DNA of 32,000 bases from Moraxella nasicaprae (GTDB lineage: Bacteria > Pseudomonadota > Gammaproteobacteria > Pseudomonadales > Moraxellaceae): NCBI RefSeq assembly GCF_025643275.1, contig NZ_CP089977.1, positions 2,070,001 to 2,102,000 on the forward strand, written 5' to 3'. The notes under the pieces were generated by a model. That model saw only the letters and a list, made by a program, of their open reading frames with translations. It was not told the origin of the DNA and did not search any database. Positions 1 to 8,721 of the stretch are shown piece after piece. The first letter of the stretch is position 1. Each line of letters begins with the position of its first letter. Both the position numbers and the translations under genes were made by a program.

Positions 1-179
1 AACTGCCAAAGCCCCTACAAGCCGCCTATGACGATGCTCTAAAAATGCTAGGACTTGTGCGAGATGGTAAGGTGCATTTATTTGCCACCGACCTTGCCAA
101 AAATGAAAACGCCTTACACAAAGAGCGTGGGGCGTACCGAGTACGCTCTCGTGGCAAGAGTGATTGGAGTGGTTACTGA
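1..179 (+). CDS. C-terminal fragment of a phage structural protein (gene begins upstream of the window)
   Basis: Open frame from position 3 (...GKVHLFATDLAKNENALHKERGAYRVRSRGKSDWSGY*). Its TGA (177-179) overlaps the next ATG (TGATG). No family recognised. Confidence 0.4.
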   Translation, partial: LPKPLQAAYDDALKMLGLVRDGKVHLFATDLAKNENALHKERGAYRVRSRGKSDWSGY

Positions 180-685
180 TGGCGGACAGCATGACTTTGG
201 CGATTTTGGCAAGCGTGCGAGAAAAACTTCGTCAAGACTTGCCAAGCGTAGAAGTGGATTTATTTCCTGATAATCCTGCTACTTATCGCTTTATTCACGC
301 TGTTGGGGCGGTATTGATTGGTTATCAGGGGTCGGATTATGAGATGACGGACGACACGCACGCCATTGTCCAAACTCGTAAATTAACCTTTTCACTGACC
401 GTCTTTGGGCGTGGCGTACACCACGATAAGGGGGCGATTGCCCTCTTGGATAAAGTGCGAGCAGTCATCACAGGCTTTCGCCCTAAGCATTGCAACAAAA
501 TTCATCTATTAAGCGAACGCTATCTGCACCAAGACGGTGGGGCGTGGCAATATGAGCTGAAAGTACGCACCGAGACCCAAAGTGTGGAAGTTTGTCAGAG
601 CGACAATCGTCCCAAAGTGGTGCAAGTCCACACAAGACGCCCCTTTGACCCTTTAAATTCAACCCTTAAAAAGAAAACCCCTTAA
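179..685 (+). CDS. Phage virion protein immediately upstream of the sheath gene (tail-completion / Mu gp37-like position); family not recognised
   Basis: ATG at 179 is coupled to the upstream stop; the ORF-track start at 164 is a TTG. About 168 aa. The call rests on position in the operon. Confidence 0.55.
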   Translation: MADSMTLAILASVREKLRQDLPSVEVDLFPDNPATYRFIHAVGAVLIGYQGSDYEMTDDTHAIVQTRKLTFSLTVFGRGVHHDKGAIALLDKVRAVITGFRPKHCNKIHLLSERYLHQDGGAWQYELKVRTETQSVEVCQSDNRPKVVQVHTRRPFDPLNSTLKKKTP

Positions 686-702
686 CTTAAAAGGAGTATT
701 TT

Positions 703-2091
703 ATGTCTTTTCATCACGGCACCGAAACCAAACGCATTGACGGTGGTTCTAGCCCTGTCTATACCGTTAATGGGGCGATTACCGCCATTGTGGGGACTGC
801 CCCCATTGGTGATGTCAATGTGCTAACCCTATGCCAAACCACCAAAGACTTTGCCAAGTTTGGCGGAGACGAGGCGACCCGTGCAGGCTTTACCTTGCCT
901 GATGCTGGCCATATCTGGACACGCTACAAGGCAGGCATTGCTTATGTGGTCAATGTCTGCGACCCTGCTCGTCACAAAACTGTGGTTACTGACGAAGTCT
1001 TGACGGTAGATGCCAATACCTTGACCGCCAAAACAAAAAAGCCAGCTATCCAAAGGGGCTACACCATCAAAGACGGTCAAACCGTGCTAAATGCCAACCA
1101 ATACACCATGAACACGCTGACAGGCGAGATTACCTTTAATGCTCGTCCCACCGCCCCAACGATTAGCTACACTTACACCGACCCTGCCAAAGTTACCGAA
1201 GCTGACATTTTGGGTGGATTTGTAGCAAGCACTGGCAAACGCACAGGCTTAGAGCTTTTGACCGAAGGCTTTGGTAAATTTGGGGCGGACGCCAAAATCA
1301 TCATCATGCCAGAGTATGATAAGACCGACACGGCAAGTAGTGCGATGATTACCATGGCAAATAAATTAAACGCCATCACCTACTACAACGCCCCCAAAGG
1401 CACAAGCCTATCTGCTGTCCTACAAGGGTGTGGAGCAAGTGGCACGATTAACTTTAACACAAGTTCCGACCGTGCCGAGCTGTGTTATCCGTATGTCGTG
1501 GGTATTTTGGGTACAGAACACCTTGCCACGCATTTGGCAGGTCTGCGTATGAAAGTGGATGTGGATAAAGGCTACTGGCATTCAAAATCCAACCACGAGC
1601 TACTTGGTGTAACTGCCCTAGAAATCCCTTTGACCGCTCGTATTGATGACCCACAGTCTGAGACCAACCGCCTAAACGAAAAAGGCATTACCACCGTCTT
1701 TAATAGCTATGGTACAGGCTTTCGTGCTTGGGGCAACCGTTTAGCGTGCTTTCCGTCTGTCAGTCATCCCAAAAACTTTGAAGTGGCTCAACGCACAGGC
1801 GACATCATTGATGAGTCTATCCGTCAGTTTGAGCTGCAATATGTGGACAGACCGATTGATGATGCTCTGATTGATAGTCTTATCGAGGGTATTCGTACTT
1901 ATTTGGGAACGCTTAAATCCATTGTTGGCTATTCGGTAGGGCTAGACTACGATTATGACCTTGTGGACGCATTTAGTAAGGGGCAAATTCCGCTCGTTTA
2001 TGACTATACACCAAAACTGCCTGCCGAACGCATTACCAACGCCAGTGTGATGACTCGTAAATATCTGGTTAATTTGACTGGTAAAAAATAA
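703..2091 (+). CDS. Contractile tail sheath protein (P2 FI / Mu L-like)
   Basis: 462 aa with RBS AAGGAG upstream. The C-terminal segment KGITTVFNSYGTGFRAWGNR resembles the conserved sheath C-terminal motif. The tube gene follows directly. Confidence 0.9.
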   Translation: MSFHHGTETKRIDGGSSPVYTVNGAITAIVGTAPIGDVNVLTLCQTTKDFAKFGGDEATRAGFTLPDAGHIWTRYKAGIAYVVNVCDPARHKTVVTDEVLTVDANTLTAKTKKPAIQRGYTIKDGQTVLNANQYTMNTLTGEITFNARPTAPTISYTYTDPAKVTEADILGGFVASTGKRTGLELLTEGFGKFGADAKIIIMPEYDKTDTASSAMITMANKLNAITYYNAPKGTSLSAVLQGCGASGTINFNTSSDRAELCYPYVVGILGTEHLATHLAGLRMKVDVDKGYWHSKSNHELLGVTALEIPLTARIDDPQSETNRLNEKGITTVFNSYGTGFRAWGNRLACFPSVSHPKNFEVAQRTGDIIDESIRQFELQYVDRPIDDALIDSLIEGIRTYLGTLKSIVGYSVGLDYDYDLVDAFSKGQIPLVYDYTPKLPAERITNASVMTRKYLVNLTGKK

Positions 2092-2102
2092 GGGGAAACG
2101 CA

Positions 2103-2615
2103 ATGCAAATTAACGCCATTTTTAACGCCAACATTTATGTAAACGGCAATAGCCTACTGGGACAAGCCAGCGAAATCAAACTGCCAGAGGTGGAAATTTC
2201 CCAAGATGAATATAAGGGCTTGGGACTTGCTGGCACGATTAAACTGCCGTCAGGCGTAGAAGCACTGGAAGGGGAAATCACTTGGAACAGCTTTTATGAA
2301 CAAGTTTTTGCCACCGTGTATCACCCATTCAAAGCCGTTCAGCTGATGGTGCGTGCTGATATTCAAAAGCACGATGCACAAGGCTTAGCGGCTGAGGTGC
2401 CATTGGTTACCATTCTGACAGGCACATTTAGTAAAAACCCTTTGGGAAGTTACAAACCCAAAGAAAAGGCGGAGTTTGCCAGCACCTTTCAAGCTCATGA
2501 AGTGCGTCAGCTGGTGGACGGTAAAGAAGTGTTTTATTTTAATGCCTTTAAAAACGAATATCGTGTCAATGGCACGGATGTACTGGCGAACTTCCGCCGT
2601 GTGGTCGGTGCTTAA
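2103..2615 (+). CDS. Tail tube protein (P2 FII-like)
   Basis: 170 aa. N-terminal pattern NANIYVNGNSLLGQASEIKLPEVE...YKGLG matches the FII-type N..lnG.s..G.a..v.LP pattern. Position is right after the sheath gene. Confidence 0.85.
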   Translation: MQINAIFNANIYVNGNSLLGQASEIKLPEVEISQDEYKGLGLAGTIKLPSGVEALEGEITWNSFYEQVFATVYHPFKAVQLMVRADIQKHDAQGLAAEVPLVTILTGTFSKNPLGSYKPKEKAEFASTFQAHEVRQLVDGKEVFYFNAFKNEYRVNGTDVLANFRRVVGA

Positions 2616-2616
2616 A

Positions 2617-2649
2617 GGATTTTTCTTAAAATCCTTTAAAAGACCCAAA
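2617..2649 (+). repeat. 33-nt conserved intergenic element, copy 1 (GGATTTTTCTTAAAATCCTTTAAAAGACCCAAA)
   Basis: 32/33 identical to 9277-9309. Contains the small dyad GGATTT/AAATCC. Lies just after the tube gene stop. Confidence 0.8.
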
Positions 2650-2664
2650 AGCCCAATCTCTCTA

Positions 2665-2699
2665 AAATACGCTTATCGTTTGATGAGCGTATTTTTTTA
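2665..2699 (+). terminator. Rho-independent terminator after the tube gene
   Basis: AAATACGCT...AGCGTATTT 9-bp stem followed by a T7 run. Confidence 0.7.
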
Positions 2700-2722
2700 A
2701 CCTTTCATTTACGGAGTTTGTT

Positions 2723-3025
2723 ATGTCAAACCAAAATCAAAACACCGCCAATCCTGCCCACCTTGTTGCCGAGCAACTAAACACTCATACCACGATTGTG
2801 CTTAAATTTCCCATTAAAAATGGACTTGGCGAAACGGTGAGCGAGCTTAAAATGCGTCGTGCCAAAGTGGGTGATTTGCGAGCGGTTGGGCAACTTAAAA
2901 ACGAAATGGAGCAAGAGCTTGCCTTATTTGCTCGTCTGACAGGGCTTGTTCCAGAAGATTTGGATTTGCTTGATACCGCAGACTATAAACAAATCCAAGA
3001 CACTTTTCGCAAATTTAGCGAATAA
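2723..3025 (+). CDS. Tail assembly chaperone (P2 gpE-like)
   Basis: 100 aa. The pattern TIVLKFPIKNGLGETVSELKMRRAKVGDLR resembles gpE (v.L..P...g..i.el.lR.p..Gdlr). Position is between the tube and tape-measure genes. Confidence 0.75.
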   Translation: MSNQNQNTANPAHLVAEQLNTHTTIVLKFPIKNGLGETVSELKMRRAKVGDLRAVGQLKNEMEQELALFARLTGLVPEDLDLLDTADYKQIQDTFRKFSE

Positions 3026-3206
3026 CACAGGCAAAAAACCTGACCCCAACTGGCTTGATAAGCTCTATGATGCCATTGCTGACCTTGCATGGTGGTATGG
3101 GTGGGATAGTCAAGCCATTGATGAGCTGACCCTTGATGACTTTGATGTCTGGCTAAAACAACTATCCCGCCAAGTCAAGGCGGGATATGGGAGGGGTGGG
3201 GGTTAG
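2940..3206 (+). CDS. Frameshift extension of the tail chaperone (gpE'-like C-terminal part; fused product about 2723..3206)
   Basis: The overlapping frame is open from 2940 (stop at 2937-2939). It encodes ...NWLDKLYDAIADLAWWYGWDSQAIDELTLDDFDVWLKQL, typical of the E' tail. The frame is +1 relative to gpE. Confidence 0.6.
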   Translation, partial: QGLFQKIWICLIPQTINKSKTLFANLANNTGKKPDPNWLDKLYDAIADLAWWYGWDSQAIDELTLDDFDVWLKQLSRQVKAGYGRGGG

Positions 3207-3211
3207 ATGGC

Positions 3212-3586
3212 TTATTGGCTTGTAATGTGTTGCAATTGTTTGTTTGCAAAAACACTTACAATGGCAGATACGACAAGCCAACCAACAAAAAGCAAATATG
3301 CTGGCACATCGGTCAAAATAGCAATGCCAATAAACAAGGCGGTATAACCCATACCAATCAAACCTACCTTCAACTCGAGTTTTTCTTTGGCGGTCATCGG
3401 AGTCGCAACCAATGTTTGTTTAGTGGCAATAGGTGTTTTTTTAGTGATTGTTTTTCTGGTGGTCTTTGGCAAAATCAAGCCAATGATTTGACATAGAGTC
3501 ATCAACAAACCAAAAAACAAGCCTAAACCATAGCCAAGTAAGACTATAAGACCATAAAGAAATAAGAATATGAGCAAAATTTCCAT
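3212..3586 (-). CDS. Small polytopic membrane protein, antisense moron inside the tail operon
   Basis: 124 aa: two hydrophobic helices, a basic linker (PKTTRKTITKKTPIATKQ) and two more helices. It fills an otherwise unexplained 428-nt gap between E' and the tape-measure gene. The region is visibly AT-richer than its flanks. The RBS is weak. Confidence 0.55.
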   Translation of the reverse strand: MEILLIFLFLYGLIVLLGYGLGLFFGLLMTLCQIIGLILPKTTRKTITKKTPIATKQTLVATPMTAKEKLELKVGLIGMGYTALFIGIAILTDVPAYLLFVGWLVVSAIVSVFANKQLQHITSQ

Positions 3587-3634
3587 TATATGTCGTTCAT
3601 TTTTAAGTATTGATTTTTAAGGATATTGTAACTT

Positions 3635-6553
3635 ATGGCGACCGAATTATCAATTGTTATTAGTGCATCTGCGATGATTGGCGGAGCAATGAACGCCATT
3701 CGTACATTGACAGGTGGACTGGATAGTGTTCGTCGCAGCTCAAATATCTTGGGTAATGAACAAAGACGGCTTAGAGGCGAGATAGACCGCTTGGGTGGCT
3801 CATCGGCTGTGCCTGCCTTGCAACGCCAGTACGATAGGCTTGGCAGGACAATGCAAGGTTTGCGAACCAATGCCGTTCAGCAAGCAGGCATTCAAACTCG
3901 CCTAGAAAACAACCGTCAGGCTCGTGCCGATATGCAAAGCCAAGTCATGGGATTATTGGGTGCAGGCATGACAATCGCCGCCCCAGTCAAGCTCGCCATT
4001 GACTTTGAAAGCTCGATGGCAGATGTCAAAAAAGTGGTGGACTTTGGTGATGACCCTATCATTGCCAAAAAGCAATTTCAAGAATTGTCTGATGAAATTC
4101 TGCATCTATCTACCATTCGTCCTATGTCAGCCAATGACATTGCTCAAATTGTGGCATTGGGCGGACAATCTGGCATTGCTCGTGGCGAGCTTATGAAATT
4201 CGCTGATGATGCGGTCAAAATGGGTGTGGCATTCGATGTGTCAGCACAACAAGCAGGCCAGTCAATGGCTGAAATGCGTACCGCTTTCGGCATGAACCAA
4301 ACGCAGGTGGTTGAGCTTGCCGACCAAATCAACCATCTGGGTAACAACACCCCTGCTGCTGCCAAAAGTATCATGGAAATCGTTCAAAGAGTTGGGGCGT
4401 TTGGCGAGGTTGCTGGTTCATCAGCAGGGGCGATTGCCGCTGTTGGTGCAACCATTCGTGGCATGGGGGTGGCTGATGAAGTGGCTGCCACTGGCATTAA
4501 AAATATGTTTTTGGCATTGGGTAAGGGTGAGAATGCAACCAAAGGACAAAAGGCGGCATGGGAAAAACTTGGTCTTGACCATGAGCAAATCGCCAAAGAT
4601 ATGCAGACCAATGCCGAAGAAACCACGCTTAAAGTCTTAGAATCCATTTCAAAACTAGAAAAGCATGAACAAGGACAGGTACTCGAATCATTGTTTGGTA
4701 GTGAGTCCCTGTTAGCTATTGCTCCGCTGCTATCTCAGTTAGGCACACTCAAAGACAATCTAAAAAAAGTGGGCGATAGTAGTCAGTACGCTGGCTCAAT
4801 GAATAAAGAGTATGAAGCCAGAGCCCAAACCACTGCTAATAATTTGCAAACCCTAAAAAATCAAATGGTTATGCTGGGTATTTCAGTTGGTTCGGTGGTA
4901 TTGCCTGCCTTAAATGGGCTTATCAATGACATTAAACCTGTGATTGAAAGCGTCATCGCCTTTACCAAAGCCAATCCTGAGCTTATTGCCACACTTTTTA
5001 AGGTAGTGACTGCTCTTTTTGCCTTTAAAGCAGGCTCATTGGCGGTTCGATTTGGTTTTAATCTGCTATTTGGTGGTCTTTTATCTGGGTATGGGGTAGT
5101 AGCTCGTTTTATGGGTGCTTTTAGGCTGGTTAATGCGTCCATTCGTCTTTTCCAGATGGGCAGAGCCGTTTCCGCCCTGCGACTATTTGGACTGTCCGCT
5201 CGTCAAGCCCGCACCGCCATCAGCTTGTTCACTGGGGGCTTTAAACTGATTCGTTCAGGGGCGACTGGCTTTGTGTCTGTACTGGGCAAAATCATGAATT
5301 TTGCCAAATTGTTTGGCTCATCGCTTTTCAGTGTGGGTGCAAAAGTCGGTCAAGCCTTTATGATGATTGGACGAGTAATGGCTGTTGTTGGACGAGCAAT
5401 GCTGACTAATCCCATTATTTTGATTGCGGCAGTTATTGCGGGTGTGGCGTATCTGATTTATAAAAACTGGGATACTATCAAGCCAATGCTTGTGGCATTC
5501 TGGACGAGCATCACGCAGGCGGCAAGTGACGCTTGGCAATGGCTGGTTGGTATCTGGAATGGCTTTACGGCTTGGTTTAGCAGCTTGTGGAATGGTGTTA
5601 GCAGTTGGATTGGTGGTGTCTGGACAGGTATCGTAAATGGTGCAAGCATTGCTTGGCAATGGCTGATTGGTATTTGGAGTGGTTTTACGGCTTGGTTTAG
5701 CAGTCTTTGGACTGGCATTACTGCTTGGGTAAGTGGTGTCTGGACAGGTATCGTAAATGGTGCAACAGCCGCTTGGCAATGGCTTGTCGGCATTTGGAGT
5801 GGTGCATCTGCTTGGTTTGGTGGATTATGGCAATCTGTTTTATCCGTTGTCATGTCTGTTTGGAGTGGTATCACTTCATTTCTGAGCGGTGTGTGGGCAA
5901 ACATTAGGGGTCTGGTGTCAGCAGGTGTGCAAGGACTAATGGCTATCATCCGTGGATTTAGCCCCATCTCCGCCTTTTCCACTGCTTTTTCAGCCGTTTG
6001 GGGCTTTTTAAGTGGCTTGGTTGGTCGCTTTCGCACCTTTGGGGTCAATATCATTCAAGGGCTTATTGGTGGTATCAAATCAATGGCAGGAGCTGTGGTT
6101 GGGGCAATTAGTAGCACCGTGGGTAATGTTGCTGGTACCGCCAAAAGAATGCTTGGCATTAATAGTCCTAGCCGTGTGTTTCGTCAGCTTGGCTCGTGGG
6201 TGTCCGAGGGCTTAGCCATTGGTATTGATAAAGGCGGTCAAAAACCTGTGTCCGCCATTGGCTCTGTTGCAAGTGGGGTTACGGCAAACTTTGGGGCAAA
6301 AATGGGCAATCTGTCCGCCCAAATCAGCACCAGTGTGGGCGAACATCAAGCAAGAATGACAAACGCCAACGCCACCAATGCCTACAACTCAAACAACCAA
6401 CAACAAGGCAACATTACTATCCATTTTAATCCCACCATCAACACAAGTGGCGGCGATGTGGGCAAAATTGAAAGAGCCTTGCAAATCTCACAAGCTGAAT
6501 TTGAAAAACTATTTAACCGTATGCAAGCCGACAGACAAAGGAGAGCTTACTGA
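3635..6553 (+). CDS. Tail tape measure protein
   Basis: 972 aa. Helical N-terminal half, hydrophobic/Gly-rich centre and Trp-rich tandem repeats. Position is after the chaperone pair. Confidence 0.9.
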   Translation: MATELSIVISASAMIGGAMNAIRTLTGGLDSVRRSSNILGNEQRRLRGEIDRLGGSSAVPALQRQYDRLGRTMQGLRTNAVQQAGIQTRLENNRQARADMQSQVMGLLGAGMTIAAPVKLAIDFESSMADVKKVVDFGDDPIIAKKQFQELSDEILHLSTIRPMSANDIAQIVALGGQSGIARGELMKFADDAVKMGVAFDVSAQQAGQSMAEMRTAFGMNQTQVVELADQINHLGNNTPAAAKSIMEIVQRVGAFGEVAGSSAGAIAAVGATIRGMGVADEVAATGIKNMFLALGKGENATKGQKAAWEKLGLDHEQIAKDMQTNAEETTLKVLESISKLEKHEQGQVLESLFGSESLLAIAPLLSQLGTLKDNLKKVGDSSQYAGSMNKEYEARAQTTANNLQTLKNQMVMLGISVGSVVLPALNGLINDIKPVIESVIAFTKANPELIATLFKVVTALFAFKAGSLAVRFGFNLLFGGLLSGYGVVARFMGAFRLVNASIRLFQMGRAVSALRLFGLSARQARTAISLFTGGFKLIRSGATGFVSVLGKIMNFAKLFGSSLFSVGAKVGQAFMMIGRVMAVVGRAMLTNPIILIAAVIAGVAYLIYKNWDTIKPMLVAFWTSITQAASDAWQWLVGIWNGFTAWFSSLWNGVSSWIGGVWTGIVNGASIAWQWLIGIWSGFTAWFSSLWTGITAWVSGVWTGIVNGATAAWQWLVGIWSGASAWFGGLWQSVLSVVMSVWSGITSFLSGVWANIRGLVSAGVQGLMAIIRGFSPISAFSTAFSAVWGFLSGLVGRFRTFGVNIIQGLIGGIKSMAGAVVGAISSTVGNVAGTAKRMLGINSPSRVFRQLGSWVSEGLAIGIDKGGQKPVSAIGSVASGVTANFGAKMGNLSAQISTSVGEHQARMTNANATNAYNSNNQQQGNITIHFNPTINTSGGDVGKIERALQISQAEFEKLFNRMQADRQRRAY
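5531..5830 (+). repeat. 120-nt (40-aa) tandem repeat, about 2.5 copies, inside the tape-measure gene
   Basis: AWQWL(V/I)GIW(N/S)GFTAWFSSLW.G...W..GVWTGIVNGA.. recurs starting at 5531, 5651 and 5771. Confidence 0.85.
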
Positions 6554-7440
6554 TGTACGCCATGCTTGGGCAAATCCCTTTTGAAGCCACAGACAGCTTT
6601 ACCGCTTTGACTACCACGCATGATGCCAAATTTGTTCATCATAAGGTCATACAGGGCAAGCCACGCACACAAGGCTTGGGGCTACTTCTCGACAAGCTCA
6701 AATTTAGCCTGCGACTGCATTGGCGACTGGGTGATGTAGGTGGGCAGTATCAAGCACTGCACCAAGCATTTATTTCCCAAGACGCACAGGCACTCGTTAC
6801 AGGCTCAGGGCAGATGATGGGTTTTTATACCATTGATAAATTATCCGTAACCACCACCGCTCAAAATGACACGGGCGATACTTTGGCGATGGACATTGAT
6901 GTGGATTTGACTGAATTTATCGGCGACCCTACCGCCCCAAATCCTACGCCAGCCATTGCCACCATGGACAGCGTACCGCTCTTATCCATCAAAGATGACA
7001 GTATCAATGCTCCCATCGATATTGAAACGGCAAGCCTGATAGCAGATGTGGGGGCGTGGCACAGAAGTGAAGGGCTGCTTGATGGCATTTCATCAAAACT
7101 TGCCTTATTGGGCGAACTGTCAAACGACCCTGCACGCTATGCTTTAACATTATCTGAGATTGTGTCGGACGGCACAGGTGTTATTAAGGGTCTATCAAAT
7201 ATTCCTGCTTTATCCGCTTATGCTGATAAATTGGACGGCATGGGTCGCTTTGGCGATGTGGTGTCTGATGTGATTGGCAAGGTAGGCACAGGTGTTGGGG
7301 CGGTACAAGCAGGTAATTTAACTGGGGCAAAAACCGCCTTTATGGGGGCAATCGGTGCAATGGGTGTGGGTAAATCCACCGTCAGTAAGCTCACCGCCAA
7401 AATTGCCAGTAAAAAGCCCCTAAAACTATTTAAAAGATAG
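6553..7440 (+). CDS. Tail protein, P2 gpU-like N-terminal domain with a long Gly/Ala-rich C-terminal extension
   Basis: The N-terminus MYAMLGQIPFEA...HHKVIQGKPRTQGLG...LKFSLRLH resembles gpU. The start overlaps the TMP stop (TGATG). Confidence 0.7.
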   Translation: MYAMLGQIPFEATDSFTALTTTHDAKFVHHKVIQGKPRTQGLGLLLDKLKFSLRLHWRLGDVGGQYQALHQAFISQDAQALVTGSGQMMGFYTIDKLSVTTTAQNDTGDTLAMDIDVDLTEFIGDPTAPNPTPAIATMDSVPLLSIKDDSINAPIDIETASLIADVGAWHRSEGLLDGISSKLALLGELSNDPARYALTLSEIVSDGTGVIKGLSNIPALSAYADKLDGMGRFGDVVSDVIGKVGTGVGAVQAGNLTGAKTAFMGAIGAMGVGKSTVSKLTAKIASKKPLKLFKR

Positions 7441-7453
7441 GATTGTTTAAAAA

Positions 7454-7672
7454 ATGAGTAGCGTACTAATCCACACCTGCAATGAACACGACCGCTTTGA
7501 TTTAATCGCCCATCGCTATTATGGCACAATTGATGAGATTGGGCGTATTATGGACGCCAATCCACAGCTTGCCTTATCTGAGACCTTGACCGCAGGCACA
7601 ACTGTCTTTGTGCCGATTATTCAAAAATCGCAAGCCAAAAATACCAATTTGCCACCTTGGTTTAGAGATTAA
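7454..7672 (+). CDS. Tail protein X (P2 gpX-like, LysM-like fold)
   Basis: 72 aa. DRFDLIAHRYYGTIDEIGRIMDANPQL...LTAGTTVFVP matches the gpX pattern. Confidence 0.8.
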   Translation: MSSVLIHTCNEHDRFDLIAHRYYGTIDEIGRIMDANPQLALSETLTAGTTVFVPIIQKSQAKNTNLPPWFRD

Positions 7673-7674
7673 CA

Positions 7675-8721
7675 ATGATACAAAATACTGACAAGCCCAA
7701 ATTTGCTGTTATCTATGAGCAAAAAGACATCACAAACGCCATTACGCCATACCTACTGGAAATCACTTATACGGACTATCTGTCTGACCAATCGGACGAA
7801 ATCACGCTGACCCTTGAAGATGTGAATGGCGACTGGCTGTATGACTGGTATCCTGACAATGGCGATGGCGTGGAGCTGTCTTTGGCGGACGATATGGGCG
7901 AGCTGATGTCGCTTGGGCGGTTTGAGATTGGCGAGATTGAATACCGCTATCCACCGTCTGTCGTGGTGTTAAAGGCACTCTCCACAGGCATTAGCAAGGC
8001 AAACCGCACCAATCAAGCCAAAGTCTATAAAGACACCACGCTTGCCGACATTGTCCGCACGGTGGCAAAACGCCTAAATCTGTCGGTAACTGGGCAAATC
8101 AGAGACATCAAAATCACCACTGTAACCCAGTATCAAGAGCGAGATGTGGAGTTTTTGACCCGACTTGCCAAAACTTACGGGCATAGTTTTAAGATTGTGG
8201 ATAAAACGCTGGTCTTTTATGACAATGAAAAACTGGGCGAAAATGAAGCGGTGGCGGTACTGGATAAAACATCTGTCATTGATGTGCGTTTTCGTGATGT
8301 CATCAAAGACACACCAAGCGAAGTACAGGTTTCCACCTACAACACTCAAAAGAAAGAAACCATTACCAAAACCGCCAAGCCCAAACCCAAAAGAAAAGGG
8401 GCGAAACCTACCACCACCGACACCCTAAAAATCACCGCCCCCAACAATGCCACAGACGGCGAAGCACAAGCAATGGCAAATGCCCACGCACAAAACCAAG
8501 CGGACGAGCAAATTGCAGGGGAGATTGAATTGGTTGGTAATGCCATGCTGGTGGCAGGTCAGACAATTCTAGTAACTGACTTTGGTAAATTTAGCGGTAA
8601 ATACTTGGTAAAACAGGCTCGCCATACCCTAAATAACCAAGGCTTTTTAACCACGATTGAGATTAAAATGCTTGAATACATTGACCCAAAAGACAACAAA
8701 ACACAGGAAAACACTCAATGA
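7675..8721 (+). CDS. Late control / baseplate hub protein (P2 gpD-like)
   Basis: 348 aa. Position is after U-X. The C-terminal LVGNAMLVAGQTILVTDFGKFSGKYLVKQARH is gpD-like. Confidence 0.8.
   Translation: MIQNTDKPKFAVIYEQKDITNAITPYLLEITYTDYLSDQSDEITLTLEDVNGDWLYDWYPDNGDGVELSLADDMGELMSLGRFEIGEIEYRYPPSVVVLKALSTGISKANRTNQAKVYKDTTLADIVRTVAKRLNLSVTGQIRDIKITTVTQYQERDVEFLTRLAKTYGHSFKIVDKTLVFYDNEKLGENEAVAVLDKTSVIDVRFRDVIKDTPSEVQVSTYNTQKKETITKTAKPKPKRKGAKPTTTDTLKITAPNNATDGEAQAMANAHAQNQADEQIAGEIELVGNAMLVAGQTILVTDFGKFSGKYLVKQARHTLNNQGFLTTIEIKMLEYIDPKDNKTQENTQ

Noticed and set aside
55-270. 71-aa ORF overlapping the end of the first gene and the start of the second.
   Set aside because: It is out of frame with two better-supported, translationally coupled genes, and its translation is basic and low-complexity.
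5318-6054. Long antisense ORFs (153 and 198 aa) within the tape-measure gene.
   Set aside because: They lie opposite the Trp/Gly-rich repeat region, and their translations are low-complexity Pro/Thr-rich mirror images of the repeats. They have no RBS or independent signal, so they are shadow ORFs.
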